A stretch of DNA of 64,000 bases from an uncultured Alphaproteobacteria bacterium (GCA_944390275.1 CALXPL010000004.1:95814-159813); one strand, 5' to 3'; shown: positions 19,807-30,255, numbered from the stretch's first letter. The notes: a model not told the origin generated them from the letters alone. Program-made: numbers and translations.

Positions 19807-20394
19807 TTACAGATAGTAAACAGCGCGAACAAAATTTTTGCAGTCCTTTTCTTCTGGAATAAATTTGGACTTTCCGTCCGTTCCGTCATACATATTCAAG
19901 AGCCAAGCGGTATCGGCACTAACATCTTCCTCCAACCACCATTCTCCATACAAAATTGGTTTTGCCCCAAAATATTTTAAAACGGCATTAAGAAGAGGCA
20001 TATAATTGTTTTTCAATGCCTTTTTTGTAATTTTTTTACCAAGGAGGTGAGCGGGCTTACCATCAATCGAGGGAAGCTGCTGACAATAGGCAAGAGCTTC
20101 ATCATGAGTAAGCACTTGAGGAGCATCTACTGCGGTAATGAGACAGCCGTTGACGAACACACCGAACAGTTCTTTTTTTTCAGGTTTAATAGAACGGGTA
20201 CCATCTCCATACATGACAGCCAACCGAAGATTTCCGTCTTTATCAAGTGCAGATATTTTGTCTGTGGTTTGTTCGCCTGAATCTTTGACCTTCCAACCGG
20301 CAACTTCGGCAAAATCATTCATTGTACAACCGTTTTGAGCAAGACGAAATACGAGTTCTTGATGTAAATCTTGTAAAAATTCTTGTTTTTCCAT
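19807..20394 (-). CDS. Hypothetical protein
   Basis: 195-aa ORF; C-terminus WWLEE...AWLLNMYDG...K...NFVRAVY loosely resembles CLec/DUF1566-type tails. Confidence 0.5.
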   Translation of the reverse strand: MEKQEFLQDLHQELVFRLAQNGCTMNDFAEVAGWKVKDSGEQTTDKISALDKDGNLRLAVMYGDGTRSIKPEKKELFGVFVNGCLITAVDAPQVLTHDEALAYCQQLPSIDGKPAHLLGKKITKKALKNNYMPLLNAVLKYFGAKPILYGEWWLEEDVSADTAWLLNMYDGTDGKSKFIPEEKDCKNFVRAVYYL

Positions 20395-20548
20395 AATAGT
20401 AGGATTAAAAAAATTAATAATAGAAATTTCAATACACGAATATGACTTTTTTTGACAAAAGTCAAGTTTCTTTTTTTATTAGGAAAAAAAACGCATAAAA
20501 AAAGCAGCCGCACAGAAAATTGTGCAACTGCTTTTGGGATAGACCACC

Positions 20549-21586
20549 TTACAAACCTAGGGCTTGACGAGGTGTTTTGCCATTGCCTGTATGTATCTTT
20601 TTGACACCATGAGTACGGATGTCATTTTGATACATTCCTTGTTCGTACATTTCTCTCAAAGAGAGGAATTTGTACGACAGGATAGGCATATCAAGAAACT
20701 CTTGCGGTTCTATTGAACCGATCCAGAGATTTTTCAATACCCAAAGGTATTGTTGTGCTTCGGTACCAAGTGTTCTTTTGGAGCCATCTGCTTTGTGCAG
20801 ATGCATTTTTTTCTCGGCACCAATTAAATCTCCGGATTTAATAGCCGCAAGAAAGTCGGATTTTTGGAAACCATATTTGCCATTTCGCATGGCAAATAGA
20901 ATCACGGTAACCAATTGCCTTTTTGACAATTTAACACCGTTTAGTTCTTTTTCTACCAAGACACGCCAGTCTTTGGCTATGATTTCCTTGGCTTCCTCGT
21001 AGGTCTTGCCGCTGAACTCCATTTCCGATACCGGACGTCCATCGACATATTTTAAACCTACTAAAGCTCTTTTTTCGCCTTGTCCTTGAACACCATCAAG
21101 GTAGGCTCTTGAAATTACTACCCAATCAAAAGCTTCATTGAATTCTTTTTTGAATTCTTCGGCTTTTGAAATGGTTATTTTTTCGGATGGTTGTTCTTGG
21201 CGAGAGCAGCTAGAGCATCCCTTGCCGAGGAGCATTGCCAGCAAAACCAGCAATATTATGGCAAGGAGGGTTAGTCCAATCTTTTTCATTTGTTTTTGGG
21301 TGATTTTTCCTTTTTTGAGGAGATATCTCCCCAAGAGGAAAAGTAAAACCAAACCCAAAACAATCAGCAGCCATACCCATTGGGCGGCTAACCAAACAAT
21401 GCCGTCCCAAGCCAGACTGGCTAATGCCGACACGCCTAGGAACAATCCATATATGAGCCCGCCAATCGCTGCAAGCGCGGCGATAATTAATAAACTGATG
21501 AATATCAGTTTCAGATTGAATCTGAAACTAATTTCATAAGTGTATTTACGGATTTTTCTCGCGCTGATGAAATAACTCTTTTCCAT
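20549..21586 (-). CDS. Membrane protein with a degenerate GH24 lysozyme-like C-terminal domain
   Basis: About 3 N-terminal TMs; AYLD..G, TYEEAKEII, VKLSKRQLVTVILFAMRNG..GF.KS.FLAAIKSGDL.GA resemble the GH24 consensus. Confidence 0.5.
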   Translation of the reverse strand: MEKSYFISARKIRKYTYEISFRFNLKLIFISLLIIAALAAIGGLIYGLFLGVSALASLAWDGIVWLAAQWVWLLIVLGLVLLFLLGRYLLKKGKITQKQMKKIGLTLLAIILLVLLAMLLGKGCSSCSRQEQPSEKITISKAEEFKKEFNEAFDWVVISRAYLDGVQGQGEKRALVGLKYVDGRPVSEMEFSGKTYEEAKEIIAKDWRVLVEKELNGVKLSKRQLVTVILFAMRNGKYGFQKSDFLAAIKSGDLIGAEKKMHLHKADGSKRTLGTEAQQYLWVLKNLWIGSIEPQEFLDMPILSYKFLSLREMYEQGMYQNDIRTHGVKKIHTGNGKTPRQALGL

Positions 21587-21753
21587 AGCTTTTGTTGTTT
21601 ACTCCTTACGGAGAAGGGGGCCTTAATCCCTTTTTTTATAATTTAATAATAATTTCTTGTATCTTTAATAATAGTGTAAATGGCAATCTTTGTCAATACA
21701 AGAAATTTTGTCAAAAGATGAAAAATAGACAAACTATTTGCTAGAGGAAAAAG

Positions 21754-22200
21754 TTAATCTTGAGAAGCATGGGCTTGAGCCTGTTGGCGGGCTAGGGTAT
21801 CAACACGCTCGTTTTCCGCATGACCGGCATGTCCTTTGACCCATATCCATTGAATTTCATGAAGTGGAAGCAATTTGTCCAGTTCTTCCCAAAGTTCTTG
21901 ATTTTTTACCGCGCCTTTTTTGTTGCTCGTTTTCCAACCGTTGCGTTTCCAGTTAGGCAACCATTTGGTAACACCTTCCATAACATATTTACTGTCTGTA
22001 TATAAGGTAATATCACAACGTTTTTTGAGAGCCTTCAATCCTTCGATTACCGCGGTAAGCTCCATGCGATTATTAGTCGTTTCCGAAGCTCCGCCGCTTA
22101 ATTCTTTTTCAATATCTTTGTGTCTTAAAAGAACGCCCCAACCTCCGGGGCCGGGGTTGCCGGAACAAGCTCCGTCTGTGTACATTTCAACGCGATACAT
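21754..22200 (-). CDS. rnhA: Ribonuclease HI
   Basis: [40 protein letters not shown]. Confidence 0.97.
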   Translation of the reverse strand: MYRVEMYTDGACSGNPGPGGWGVLLRHKDIEKELSGGASETTNNRMELTAVIEGLKALKKRCDITLYTDSKYVMEGVTKWLPNWKRNGWKTSNKKGAVKNQELWEELDKLLPLHEIQWIWVKGHAGHAENERVDTLARQQAQAHASQD

Positions 22201-22201
22201 T

Positions 22202-23296
22202 TTATTGCTCGCTCCTGAAAAATTCGTGGAAAAACTCAATTAAGAGCTGTTGTTTTTGTTCCTCTTCGGTTTCGCTTCCTTCAAGGCGCAAAACTTTGGC
22301 TACATAAGAACGAAGTGTGTTTTTATTAATATAAATACGAAAACTCTTAGGAGCCGCTTCATCGGCACCGACCACTCCGTCAAATAAAAAGTCTTGTTCG
22401 GTGTCCGGTGTTAAGATAATTTCAATATTGGCAAAACGGATGCTTCCGCGCGGCGGCAGTCTTAATTCCGGTCGGCTGATTAGATTAAGCTGATTGTGCA
22501 TTCCGCCAATAGAATCCATTTGATTGTAATTAAGAAAACGCACTTTGTTATATTCACCGCCGCTGCTGCTTGTGGTGCAGGATAAATAGACTTCTCGCGC
22601 AATAACACTGCTTTCGTTTTTGGCATGGAGTGAAAAACTGATACGCACAACTTTATCAAATTCTTTATTTTCGTTATTTTCATCGCTAAATACGATTTGT
22701 TCCTTTTGGTTATCGACAATTTCCAAACTTTTTTCATTGATAACCAGTTCAATATTGGGCTGAGGACGACGGCCGAACATTCCGGCAATAACTGAATAAG
22801 GGGCAGGGACATTGTTTGATCCGGAACGAATATAAATATTGTTGCCCACGGTTGACATCAAAGGAGAAACTTCCGCTTTGGGAATATAAGTGGCAATATA
22901 GCCGTCGCCGTTTTCATCAATGCTGATAATATGATTGCGCACCTTGTTATGACTGGGAATGGTACAGCCGGAAATGGCATTTTCCAACCAACTTAAATAA
23001 CGATGAACATTCGGAACTTTAATTTTGGCTTTGGCAACATCTCCGATATCCATATCGCGAGAACATTCAACACCCCAAATAATAACACCGCCTTCCGAAT
23101 TTCCAAAACCCGAAATACATTTTGCCAGATTTTTGCGATCATCACGCGGTAAAGAGGTTACGTTTTTGCCTATCCCCGGTGTCGTCTGTTTGAAATCTAA
23201 AAACAACTCTTCGGCTTGACGGTTGATAATAAAATCATCAAGAGCATCTTCACCGAAGTAAATCAATTTTTGAAAAATATCTTCCGCGCGGGACAT
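22202..23296 (-). CDS. Schlafen/AlbA_2 domain protein
   Basis: [34 protein letters not shown]; unrecognised beta-rich C-terminal half. Confidence 0.8.
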   Translation of the reverse strand: MSRAEDIFQKLIYFGEDALDDFIINRQAEELFLDFKQTTPGIGKNVTSLPRDDRKNLAKCISGFGNSEGGVIIWGVECSRDMDIGDVAKAKIKVPNVHRYLSWLENAISGCTIPSHNKVRNHIISIDENGDGYIATYIPKAEVSPLMSTVGNNIYIRSGSNNVPAPYSVIAGMFGRRPQPNIELVINEKSLEIVDNQKEQIVFSDENNENKEFDKVVRISFSLHAKNESSVIAREVYLSCTTSSSGGEYNKVRFLNYNQMDSIGGMHNQLNLISRPELRLPPRGSIRFANIEIILTPDTEQDFLFDGVVGADEAAPKSFRIYINKNTLRSYVAKVLRLEGSETEEEQKQQLLIEFFHEFFRSEQ

Positions 23297-23339
23297 CTTG
23301 TTATCCTTTTCTCACTCAATATGCTGCGGGATTGTCACA

Positions 23340-24290
23340 TCATATTTTAAATTTTACATTTTCTTTTGCTATTATGACATGATGAATATTAATATTATTA
23401 TAACGTTTTGCAAATTCTTTGAGCAATTCTTCGACAAGATGTTCGGGAGCCGAAGCTCCTGCGCTGATACCGATTTTTTGAAACGAGGCGATTTTTTGCC
23501 AATCAACTTCTTGTGCGTCGTTAATTAAACAAGCGAATTTGGCTCCGTTTTTTTGTGCCACATGACGCAACTGATTCGAATTTGAAGAGTTTTGCGAGCC
23601 GATAATTAAAACACACTCGGCTTTTTCGGCCAGAGCTTTGACAGCATTTTGACGATTGGTTGTCGCGTAGCAAATATCTTGGCGTTTTAAGCCGGCAATT
23701 TTAGGAAACCTTTTTTGTAAAATAGCAATAATTTCTTTTGTGTCATCAACCGAAAGCGTGGTTTGGCTGACAAAAGCAATTTCATCAGGGTTTTCGACTT
23801 CAACGGTTTCGGCTTGTTCTTTCGTATTGATTATGGTAATTTTTTTGTAATCCGGAAGCTGGCCAACCGTACCGATAATTTCGGGATGGCTTGCTTTGCC
23901 GATAACAATAATATCTTTACCTTCTTGTGCATATTTTTTAATTTCGTTATGAATTTTTGCCACTAAAGGGCAGGTGGCATCAATAACAATTTTATGTTTT
24001 TGTTGGGATTGCTCATGGACGGCTTTTCCGGCTCCGTGCGCTGAAATAATTAACGGTTTTGCCGCATCCGTTTCGCAGAGTTCTTCAACAAAAACGGCAC
24101 CTTTGCTTTCCAATTCTTGAATAACATGACGATTATGTACAATTTCATGACGAACAAAAACCGGAGCTCCGTATTTTTTTAGGCTTTCTTCCACCAGAGA
24201 AACCGCGCGTCTGACACCGGCACAAAATCCGCGAGGTTCGGCTAAATAGATGTCAACGACGTTAGGGGCATTCTTTTTTTGTTCGCTCAT
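23340..24290 (-). CDS. ispH: 4-hydroxy-3-methylbut-2-enyl diphosphate reductase
   Basis: PRGFCAGV, HEIVHN, DATCPLV, ICYATTNRQ, SSNS. Confidence 0.97.
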   Translation of the reverse strand: MSEQKKNAPNVVDIYLAEPRGFCAGVRRAVSLVEESLKKYGAPVFVRHEIVHNRHVIQELESKGAVFVEELCETDAAKPLIISAHGAGKAVHEQSQQKHKIVIDATCPLVAKIHNEIKKYAQEGKDIIVIGKASHPEIIGTVGQLPDYKKITIINTKEQAETVEVENPDEIAFVSQTTLSVDDTKEIIAILQKRFPKIAGLKRQDICYATTNRQNAVKALAEKAECVLIIGSQNSSNSNQLRHVAQKNGAKFACLINDAQEVDWQKIASFQKIGISAGASAPEHLVEELLKEFAKRYNNINIHHVIIAKENVKFKI

Positions 24291-25561
24291 TATTTTTCCT
24301 TAGTCTTTAAGAGTTTTTTCAAATCTTCATAACTTGGATATCCGGCAATGTCACCGACTAAGGTATAAGTCGGTTTGCTCTCAAAAATTCGGCAAGCGAT
24401 GCGTTTAATATCTTCTTTGCTGACAGCCTCGATTTTGGCAACCATTTCTTCTGTCGGAATAATGCGATTAAACACCAACATCTGACGGGCATAGATTTCG
24501 GATGTTGTGCTGGAACTTTCCAATCCCATAAGCATACTGGCTTTAAACTGGGTTTTGGCACGTTTTAATTCTTCATCACTGACATCTTGCGTTTTGATTT
24601 TTTGGATTTCTTCGGCAACAACCGGAATAACTTGTTGCAACTCTTGGCGGGTTGTTCCGGCATAAATTCCGAACAAACCGCTCATGCTGTGAGCATTGAT
24701 AAAACTATATACGGTATAAACCAAACCGCGTTTTTCACGAATTTCTTGGAACAAACGCGATGTTGAGCCGCCTCCGAGAATGGCTGATAAAATAGCCGCG
24801 CTGTAATAATCTTTATCATGATAGCTGACACCTTCAAATGCCAACAATACATGAGCTTGTTCAATATCACGTTCTTCGGCATAACAACCACCGACATAAT
24901 GTTGTTCGGGAGTTGCTCCGTTGTTAGATTTCGGTAAGTGTTCAAAGCGTGTCTTTACCATACGGACAAAGGCATCATGTTCAATATTACCCACGGCACA
25001 AACGCACATATTTTGTGTGCAATAAAATTTTTCACGATAATTTCTTAAATCTTGTGAACCGTATGTTGCTATTTTTTCGGCCGGACCGAGTATTGTTCGA
25101 CCTAAGGCTTGACCTTTAAAGGCTTCCGCTTGGGCATAGTCAAAAATAATATCATCGGGAGTGTCAATCGTTTGTTTGATTTCTTGAATAACGACGTCTC
25201 TTTCCTTAACCAATTCTTCTTCCGGGAAACGGGCGTTTAGGACAATATCGGAGAGGACATCAAGAGCCAACTCGGCATCAGCTTTGAGCATTTTGGCATA
25301 AAACGAGGTTATCTCGCGTGCGGTATAAGCATTGCTTTGTCCGCCGGCATCTTCGATTTCCGCATCAATTTGGAAGGATGTTCGTGTCGGAGTACCCTTA
25401 AAAACCATGTGCTCCAATAAGTGAGACATTCCATTAATCTCTTCTGTTTCACGTGCCGAACCTGTGTTTATCCATATTCCTAAAGAGACGGTTTCGGTTT
25501 CTTTTCTTGTTGCCGTAATAATTCTTAAACCGTTTTCCAATGTTGTTATTTGTGTTTGCAT
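24290..25561 (-). CDS. M16 family zinc peptidase
   Basis: HLLEH inverted zinc motif, SRLFQEIREKRGLVY. Confidence 0.93.
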   Translation of the reverse strand: MQTQITTLENGLRIITATRKETETVSLGIWINTGSARETEEINGMSHLLEHMVFKGTPTRTSFQIDAEIEDAGGQSNAYTAREITSFYAKMLKADAELALDVLSDIVLNARFPEEELVKERDVVIQEIKQTIDTPDDIIFDYAQAEAFKGQALGRTILGPAEKIATYGSQDLRNYREKFYCTQNMCVCAVGNIEHDAFVRMVKTRFEHLPKSNNGATPEQHYVGGCYAEERDIEQAHVLLAFEGVSYHDKDYYSAAILSAILGGGSTSRLFQEIREKRGLVYTVYSFINAHSMSGLFGIYAGTTRQELQQVIPVVAEEIQKIKTQDVSDEELKRAKTQFKASMLMGLESSSTTSEIYARQMLVFNRIIPTEEMVAKIEAVSKEDIKRIACRIFESKPTYTLVGDIAGYPSYEDLKKLLKTKEK

Positions 25562-25639
25562 AAAAACCTCTTTTCAATCATCTTAGCCGAGATGTATTAT
25601 GGTAATCTCTTTGTAAAAAGTAAAGATAAAAGTTAAGGA

Positions 25640-26238
25640 TTAATTTTGCTTTAAAGAACAATTATCCTGTAATTCTTTTTCAATAATATTGATAATAAAA
25701 TAATATTTTTCTCTATCAAGAGTTTGATAACTGTGATAATTGTATTTTCTTTTTAAGTCGTTATGAATTTTTTGAGGAGTTTGCTTTCGGCACTGAGCGA
25801 GTTTTTTAACTTTTTCTTTAAAAGAACCAGCTTCGTAAGTTGTTATGATTAAATTTGAAGAAGGGATTTGAAGAGGAGGAATAAAAGGATGGGAAAGTTT
25901 TTGTTTTTGTTTATTATTAGTAGCTAATATAAGCAAAGTTGAATTATCATTAAGTGTATCGGAATTAAGAATATTCGTCTTAAGTTCTATTTTAGGGCTG
26001 TTTGAAAAAAAATCCAAGCCATTGTAAGGGCGAGGATTGTTGAAATGATAAGACCATTAGCATTTATATTCACTCGATTGTGATTTATTTTAATATCGCG
26101 AGCGGCAATTTTAATATTTTTAATGTTTGAAGATTTGTGAGTTTCTTGTATTTGCTTTTCAGCAATTTGGTTATCATCATTCGCAGGAGTTGCACTGCGC
26201 AAGATATCCATTATCTTTTCCTTGCTCATTTTTTTCAT
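25640..26238 (-). pseudogene. Probably one gene split by a frameshift at a T8 tract (ORFs 25987-26238 and 25640-26017); single TM plus ORF6C-like C-terminus
   Basis: Adding one T to the run at 26005-26012 joins ...AWIFF to SNSPKIEL..., giving about 199 aa. Confidence 0.5.
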
Positions 26239-26259
26239 ATCCTTGTTTGATTATTTTTA

Positions 26260-26697
26260 TTAAGAGGCTTTTGTTTTGATTAAAAATTTAGTAAAATCAA
26301 CAATTTTTTCAGAGCGTTCATTTTTTGGCAAATCGAAAGTTTCTTCGTACAAGGCTTTAATTAATTGAGCCTTGTTTTTTGGGCTTAAACTTTTTTTATT
26401 GTCTTTTAACCACAATTCGACCGTTTCGATTATTTCTCCGACATAATTCAAAGAGACATCATTCGTTTGAGGCAAATTTTCAGGTTGCCATTCTTCGGGT
26501 AGAAGCTCATAGGGACGGCAATGTAAGGCTTTTGCTAAGCGATCAATCCATTCCAAACTCATATCGCGTTCGCCTCGTTCGAGACGAAAAATTTGGGGTT
26601 GGCTGGTACCGGCGCGAAGAGCTAACTCATCTAGAGTTAGACCGGATTTTTGCCTAAGTTCTTTCAGTCTGTTTTTAATTCGAATTTTTTCAATCAT
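26260..26697 (-). CDS. XRE-family HTH regulator (phage repressor-like)
   Basis: RLKELRQKSGLTLDELALRAGTSQPQIFRLERGER HTH_3; start is uncertain (26697 or 26724). Confidence 0.85.
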   Translation of the reverse strand: MIEKIRIKNRLKELRQKSGLTLDELALRAGTSQPQIFRLERGERDMSLEWIDRLAKALHCRPYELLPEEWQPENLPQTNDVSLNYVGEIIETVELWLKDNKKSLSPKNKAQLIKALYEETFDLPKNERSEKIVDFTKFLIKTKAS

Positions 26698-26730
26698 TTC
26701 AAGCCTTTTTCTAGAGTTATGCACGCATAA

Positions 26731-26753
26731 TTTTATACCTTAATGGTATAAAA
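26731..26753. promoter_or_regulatory. Palindromic operator overlapping the putative XRE promoter
   Basis: Perfect inverted repeat TTTTATACC-TTAAT-GGTATAAAA; adjacent TTATGC-AC-GCATAA at 26717-26730. Confidence 0.6.
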
Positions 26754-26943
26754 AAGCAATATTTATTTTAATTTTTCAACAAACAATTATGCATTTTTAT
26801 CAAAAATAAAGAGGTGTCAAAACACAAAATTATTCATGAGAAAAAAATAATTTTATTCGCATTTTGTTCTTTTTTTGTTGACTCTTAGCTTTTTGTTTTT
26901 TATCTTATCTTATCCTATCCTTGCTTTTGTTTCGAGGAGTTTA

Positions 26944-28152
26944 ATGATGAAAATTTATCTCTCTTGCTTGGCTTTTTGTCTTTCGTTGTTTTTACCGTTT
27001 ACGCTTAAAGCCGTTTCCGTATCCAGCTTTCAACAGCCTAATCGTATGTTTGATGAACATCATCAACCTTATAACGGTGAGAATGAGGGGGTGTGGGAAG
27101 ATGGTACAAAGTTTCATATTACTTATGAAAATGGTTATGCGCAGGGTAAGGCTCTCTTTGAAAATATTGATGGAACAACCATGCAAGTCTATTTTGTTGA
27201 CGGTAACGCGGAAGGTCCTCTCAATCATTTTGATAAAGACGGAAAATTGCAAAAAGCTTTCTTCTATAAAAAAGGCCTGCAAGATGGAGAACAAAAAACA
27301 TTTTATCCAAACGGCCAGCTAAAAAATGTTGTTCCTTTTCAAAACGGATTAAGAAACGGAACGGCAATCGCTTATGATAGTAAAGGAAATGTTGAAAATA
27401 AAACAGAGTTTCTCGGTGGTTTGGAAAATGGTATTTCCGAATTTTTCTATCCCGACGGAACACTTCAAGAGCAATACTTTTATGTTGATGGTATATTAAA
27501 CGGTAATTATGTTTCCTATCATCCCAATGGTCAGGTAAAAAGAACGGCATCTTATGTTAAGGGTTCTTTTGACGGAGTTTTAACAGATTATGATGAATTG
27601 GGCAATCGAACACAAGAAGTTGTGTGGAACAATGGAAAAATTATCGGTTCTGTTAAAGAATATTACCCTCAAGGCAGCCTTTATGCCGAAACACCATATC
27701 AAGAAGGAATGCGTAACGGAATCGCCCAAGTTTATTATGAAAACGGTAAGATTTTCAAACTTATTCCGTATAAAGACAATTTAGAAAACGGAATTTATAA
27801 AGAATTCTATGAAAATGGTATCTTAAAAGAGGAAATTGCGGTTGAAAACGGGGTTCGGCAAGGTGTTTCAAGAAGCTATTATCCCAATGGAAAATTAAAA
27901 GCCGAATATAGCTATGCAAATGATAAATTAAATGGATTTTACCGGGAATATGATGAAACGGGAAATTTAGCCTTTAAAGCTATTACTCTTGAAGATGGTT
28001 TTGTTAAAAGAGATGATTATCCTCATGAGCAACAAGAACAATTTACTATTTTTGCAACAATAATTGCCTTTGCGGCAGCCTTACTTGGCGTCATTGCGGC
28101 ATATCTCGTTTTCAAATACCGTGAAAATAAATCCTCAAGATTTCCTTTGTAA
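26944..28152 (+). CDS. MORN-variant repeat (YwqK-like) exported protein with C-terminal TM
   Basis: Many YYPNGxLK..xYxNG repeats; signal peptide; GAGGAG RBS before the ATG at 26944. Confidence 0.8.
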   Translation: MMKIYLSCLAFCLSLFLPFTLKAVSVSSFQQPNRMFDEHHQPYNGENEGVWEDGTKFHITYENGYAQGKALFENIDGTTMQVYFVDGNAEGPLNHFDKDGKLQKAFFYKKGLQDGEQKTFYPNGQLKNVVPFQNGLRNGTAIAYDSKGNVENKTEFLGGLENGISEFFYPDGTLQEQYFYVDGILNGNYVSYHPNGQVKRTASYVKGSFDGVLTDYDELGNRTQEVVWNNGKIIGSVKEYYPQGSLYAETPYQEGMRNGIAQVYYENGKIFKLIPYKDNLENGIYKEFYENGILKEEIAVENGVRQGVSRSYYPNGKLKAEYSYANDKLNGFYREYDETGNLAFKAITLEDGFVKRDDYPHEQQEQFTIFATIIAFAAALLGVIAAYLVFKYRENKSSRFPL

Positions 28153-28184
28153 TACGATTAGATCTTTTAGAATAGGATAGCAAG

Positions 28185-29216
28185 ATGAATAAAATTTATT
28201 TAAGTTTGATTTTGGGAATATTCAGTTTTTCATCAGCCTTAGCCCAAAGTGAAAGTGTCACAAACCAAACAGAAACTCAACTCTCTCAAAGAGAGGAGCA
28301 AAATAAAGATGAGTATAAAAATATTATTACCAATATGCCGGAAATAAAACAAATTCTTGAAACAAAGAATAGCCAGACCGACAATATCATTACGCAGCTT
28401 TTCTCGGTTTGCAAACGTCCCAAACTTGATGAACAAGGAAATTTGTATAACGGGCTGAATATACAAAATTTTGATAAAGGTGTGTTAGGATTGGTTTATC
28501 AAAAGGGAATTCTTGAGGGGAATAGTTATGCTCTGATGAATGATGACACTAAATTTATTATTCCTTTTAAAAACGGTGTTATTACCGGTTCTATGAAAAT
28601 ATATTATCCCAGCGGAAGACTGAAAGCTGATGCGGAATATAAAAATGGTGCTTGTGTCGCGACAGAACATTACTATTATGAAAAGGGCAATTTATGGTCA
28701 GAAAGAAAATGCCAAGACGGTATTTATGTGGAAATGCGCACCTATTATCCCAATGGAAAACTTGATACGATTTATCCGTTGAACAATAATGTTGCTCACG
28801 GAAAAGCTCTACGTTATGATGAAAAGGGAAATTTTCTGTCTGAAGCATTCTATGTTAAGGGCAAACGTCAAGGGCAGGGAAAGAGTTATTATCCTGATGG
28901 AACGTTGCAAGGAACGATTACTTTTGTAGATGATGTTCTAAACGGCGAAGCGGTTGACTATTATCCTAATGGAAAAGTTTTTCGAAAATTTGCGTTTAAA
29001 AATAATGTTCCCGAAGGAGTTACCAAGCAGTATTATGAAAGCGGACATCTCTTTGTTAAATTTTTAGCTAAGGATCAAACAATCAGCAATACAACCTTTT
29101 ATTATGATGAAACATCTCCATTTGTCTATTACGCTTTAATAGCCGGAGTTGTTTTTGTGATAGTATTTATTATGACCTATGCGTTACTCAAGCGCAAAAG
29201 AGCTTCACGGATATGA
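28185..29216 (+). CDS. MORN-variant repeat protein paralog with C-terminal TM
   Basis: Signal peptide, YYPNGK repeats, terminal TM followed by KRKR. Confidence 0.8.
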   Translation: MNKIYLSLILGIFSFSSALAQSESVTNQTETQLSQREEQNKDEYKNIITNMPEIKQILETKNSQTDNIITQLFSVCKRPKLDEQGNLYNGLNIQNFDKGVLGLVYQKGILEGNSYALMNDDTKFIIPFKNGVITGSMKIYYPSGRLKADAEYKNGACVATEHYYYEKGNLWSERKCQDGIYVEMRTYYPNGKLDTIYPLNNNVAHGKALRYDEKGNFLSEAFYVKGKRQGQGKSYYPDGTLQGTITFVDDVLNGEAVDYYPNGKVFRKFAFKNNVPEGVTKQYYESGHLFVKFLAKDQTISNTTFYYDETSPFVYYALIAGVVFVIVFIMTYALLKRKRASRI

Positions 29217-29338
29217 ATTAAAATTTTAACGAGGTTGCGTTATCATGCGCCAATGCTTATTCTGGACATCAAATCTGCTGTTATAATACTCCATTAAGGC
29301 ATACTCATTATTCTGCGGCAGAAAACTCTACGGATAAA

Positions 29339-30255
29339 CTAAGGACAAGTAACGACCCATGCACCTGTTGTATGACCATCACACATATTGCTGTTAACGG
29401 AAGGAATAGCAGCCTCACAGGAGGCAATATCATTATAACGTGTGCCAATATACCTATTTGTTGTGCTACAATCAGCACCGTTTTCATCACAAGTACATTC
29501 TTCATCAAAATAAATATGATAACCGCCCAAATATCCAGGCTCACAACGGCAATTAATAGTTCTTATCGTCTGATGTTTCATTTCCCAATTTGAACCACTT
29601 CCACTAGAAGAGCCGCTTCCGGAACCACTGGACGAACCGCCGCTACCGGAAGAAGAACATCCCGAGCCGCCGCATTTTGTATCACAAGGTTGAAGCGTTC
29701 CGTCTTTACAGCAATCTCCATGACAAGTACTATGAACGGGGCACCAGTCGGAGGAACTTGAATCGCAACATGATTTTGATTTATAACACATTGTTCCGCA
29801 CTCTGTTCGACTTGTATTATAACAACCTCCGGGGTTTGTTTTAGAATAACCGCTTGGGCAAGTATCACTGCAACAAGATTTACAGCTTGAGTAAGTGGTT
29901 TTACCGTTAATGGTACAAGAAGTTGCCCCGACAGCTCCGCCGCAATCACAAGATTTGTAACTACTCGGACATTGACAAGATTGATATTTTCTGCCGCAAG
30001 ATGTTCCGCCACCGCTTCCTCCGGTCGGACTTTCGAGATTACCGAATTTATCTCCCGTGCAATTTCCGGCATCGGTTATAAAACACACCGAAGCAACTTT
30101 AATTCCTTTTGCTGTTCTTTCATCAAAAAGGCGTGATGATAAGAATCTTTCAAGAGTTTGGTATTTATATGTGTGATGTGATTGGTGTGGTTGTTGACAA
30201 AAATGTATTTTTTTTGTCTTGACGGTATAATGAATCTGTTGTAATATATTCTCAT
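29339..30255 (-). pseudogene. Cys/Gly/Ser-rich protein; 5'-decayed paralog of 36234-38033
   Basis: The frame stays open upstream of 30088 (HHTYKYQTLERFLSSRLFDERTAKGIKVASVCFITD) but has no in-frame ATG or signal peptide; the ATG at 30255 is out of frame across an A8 tract. Confidence 0.6.

Noticed and set aside
19807-20394. Diversity-generating retroelement target (CLec-like tail)
   Set aside because: No reverse transcriptase and no adenine-variant template repeat were found in the window.
25640-26753. Intact prophage
   Set aside because: No integrase, replication, terminase or structural genes are present.
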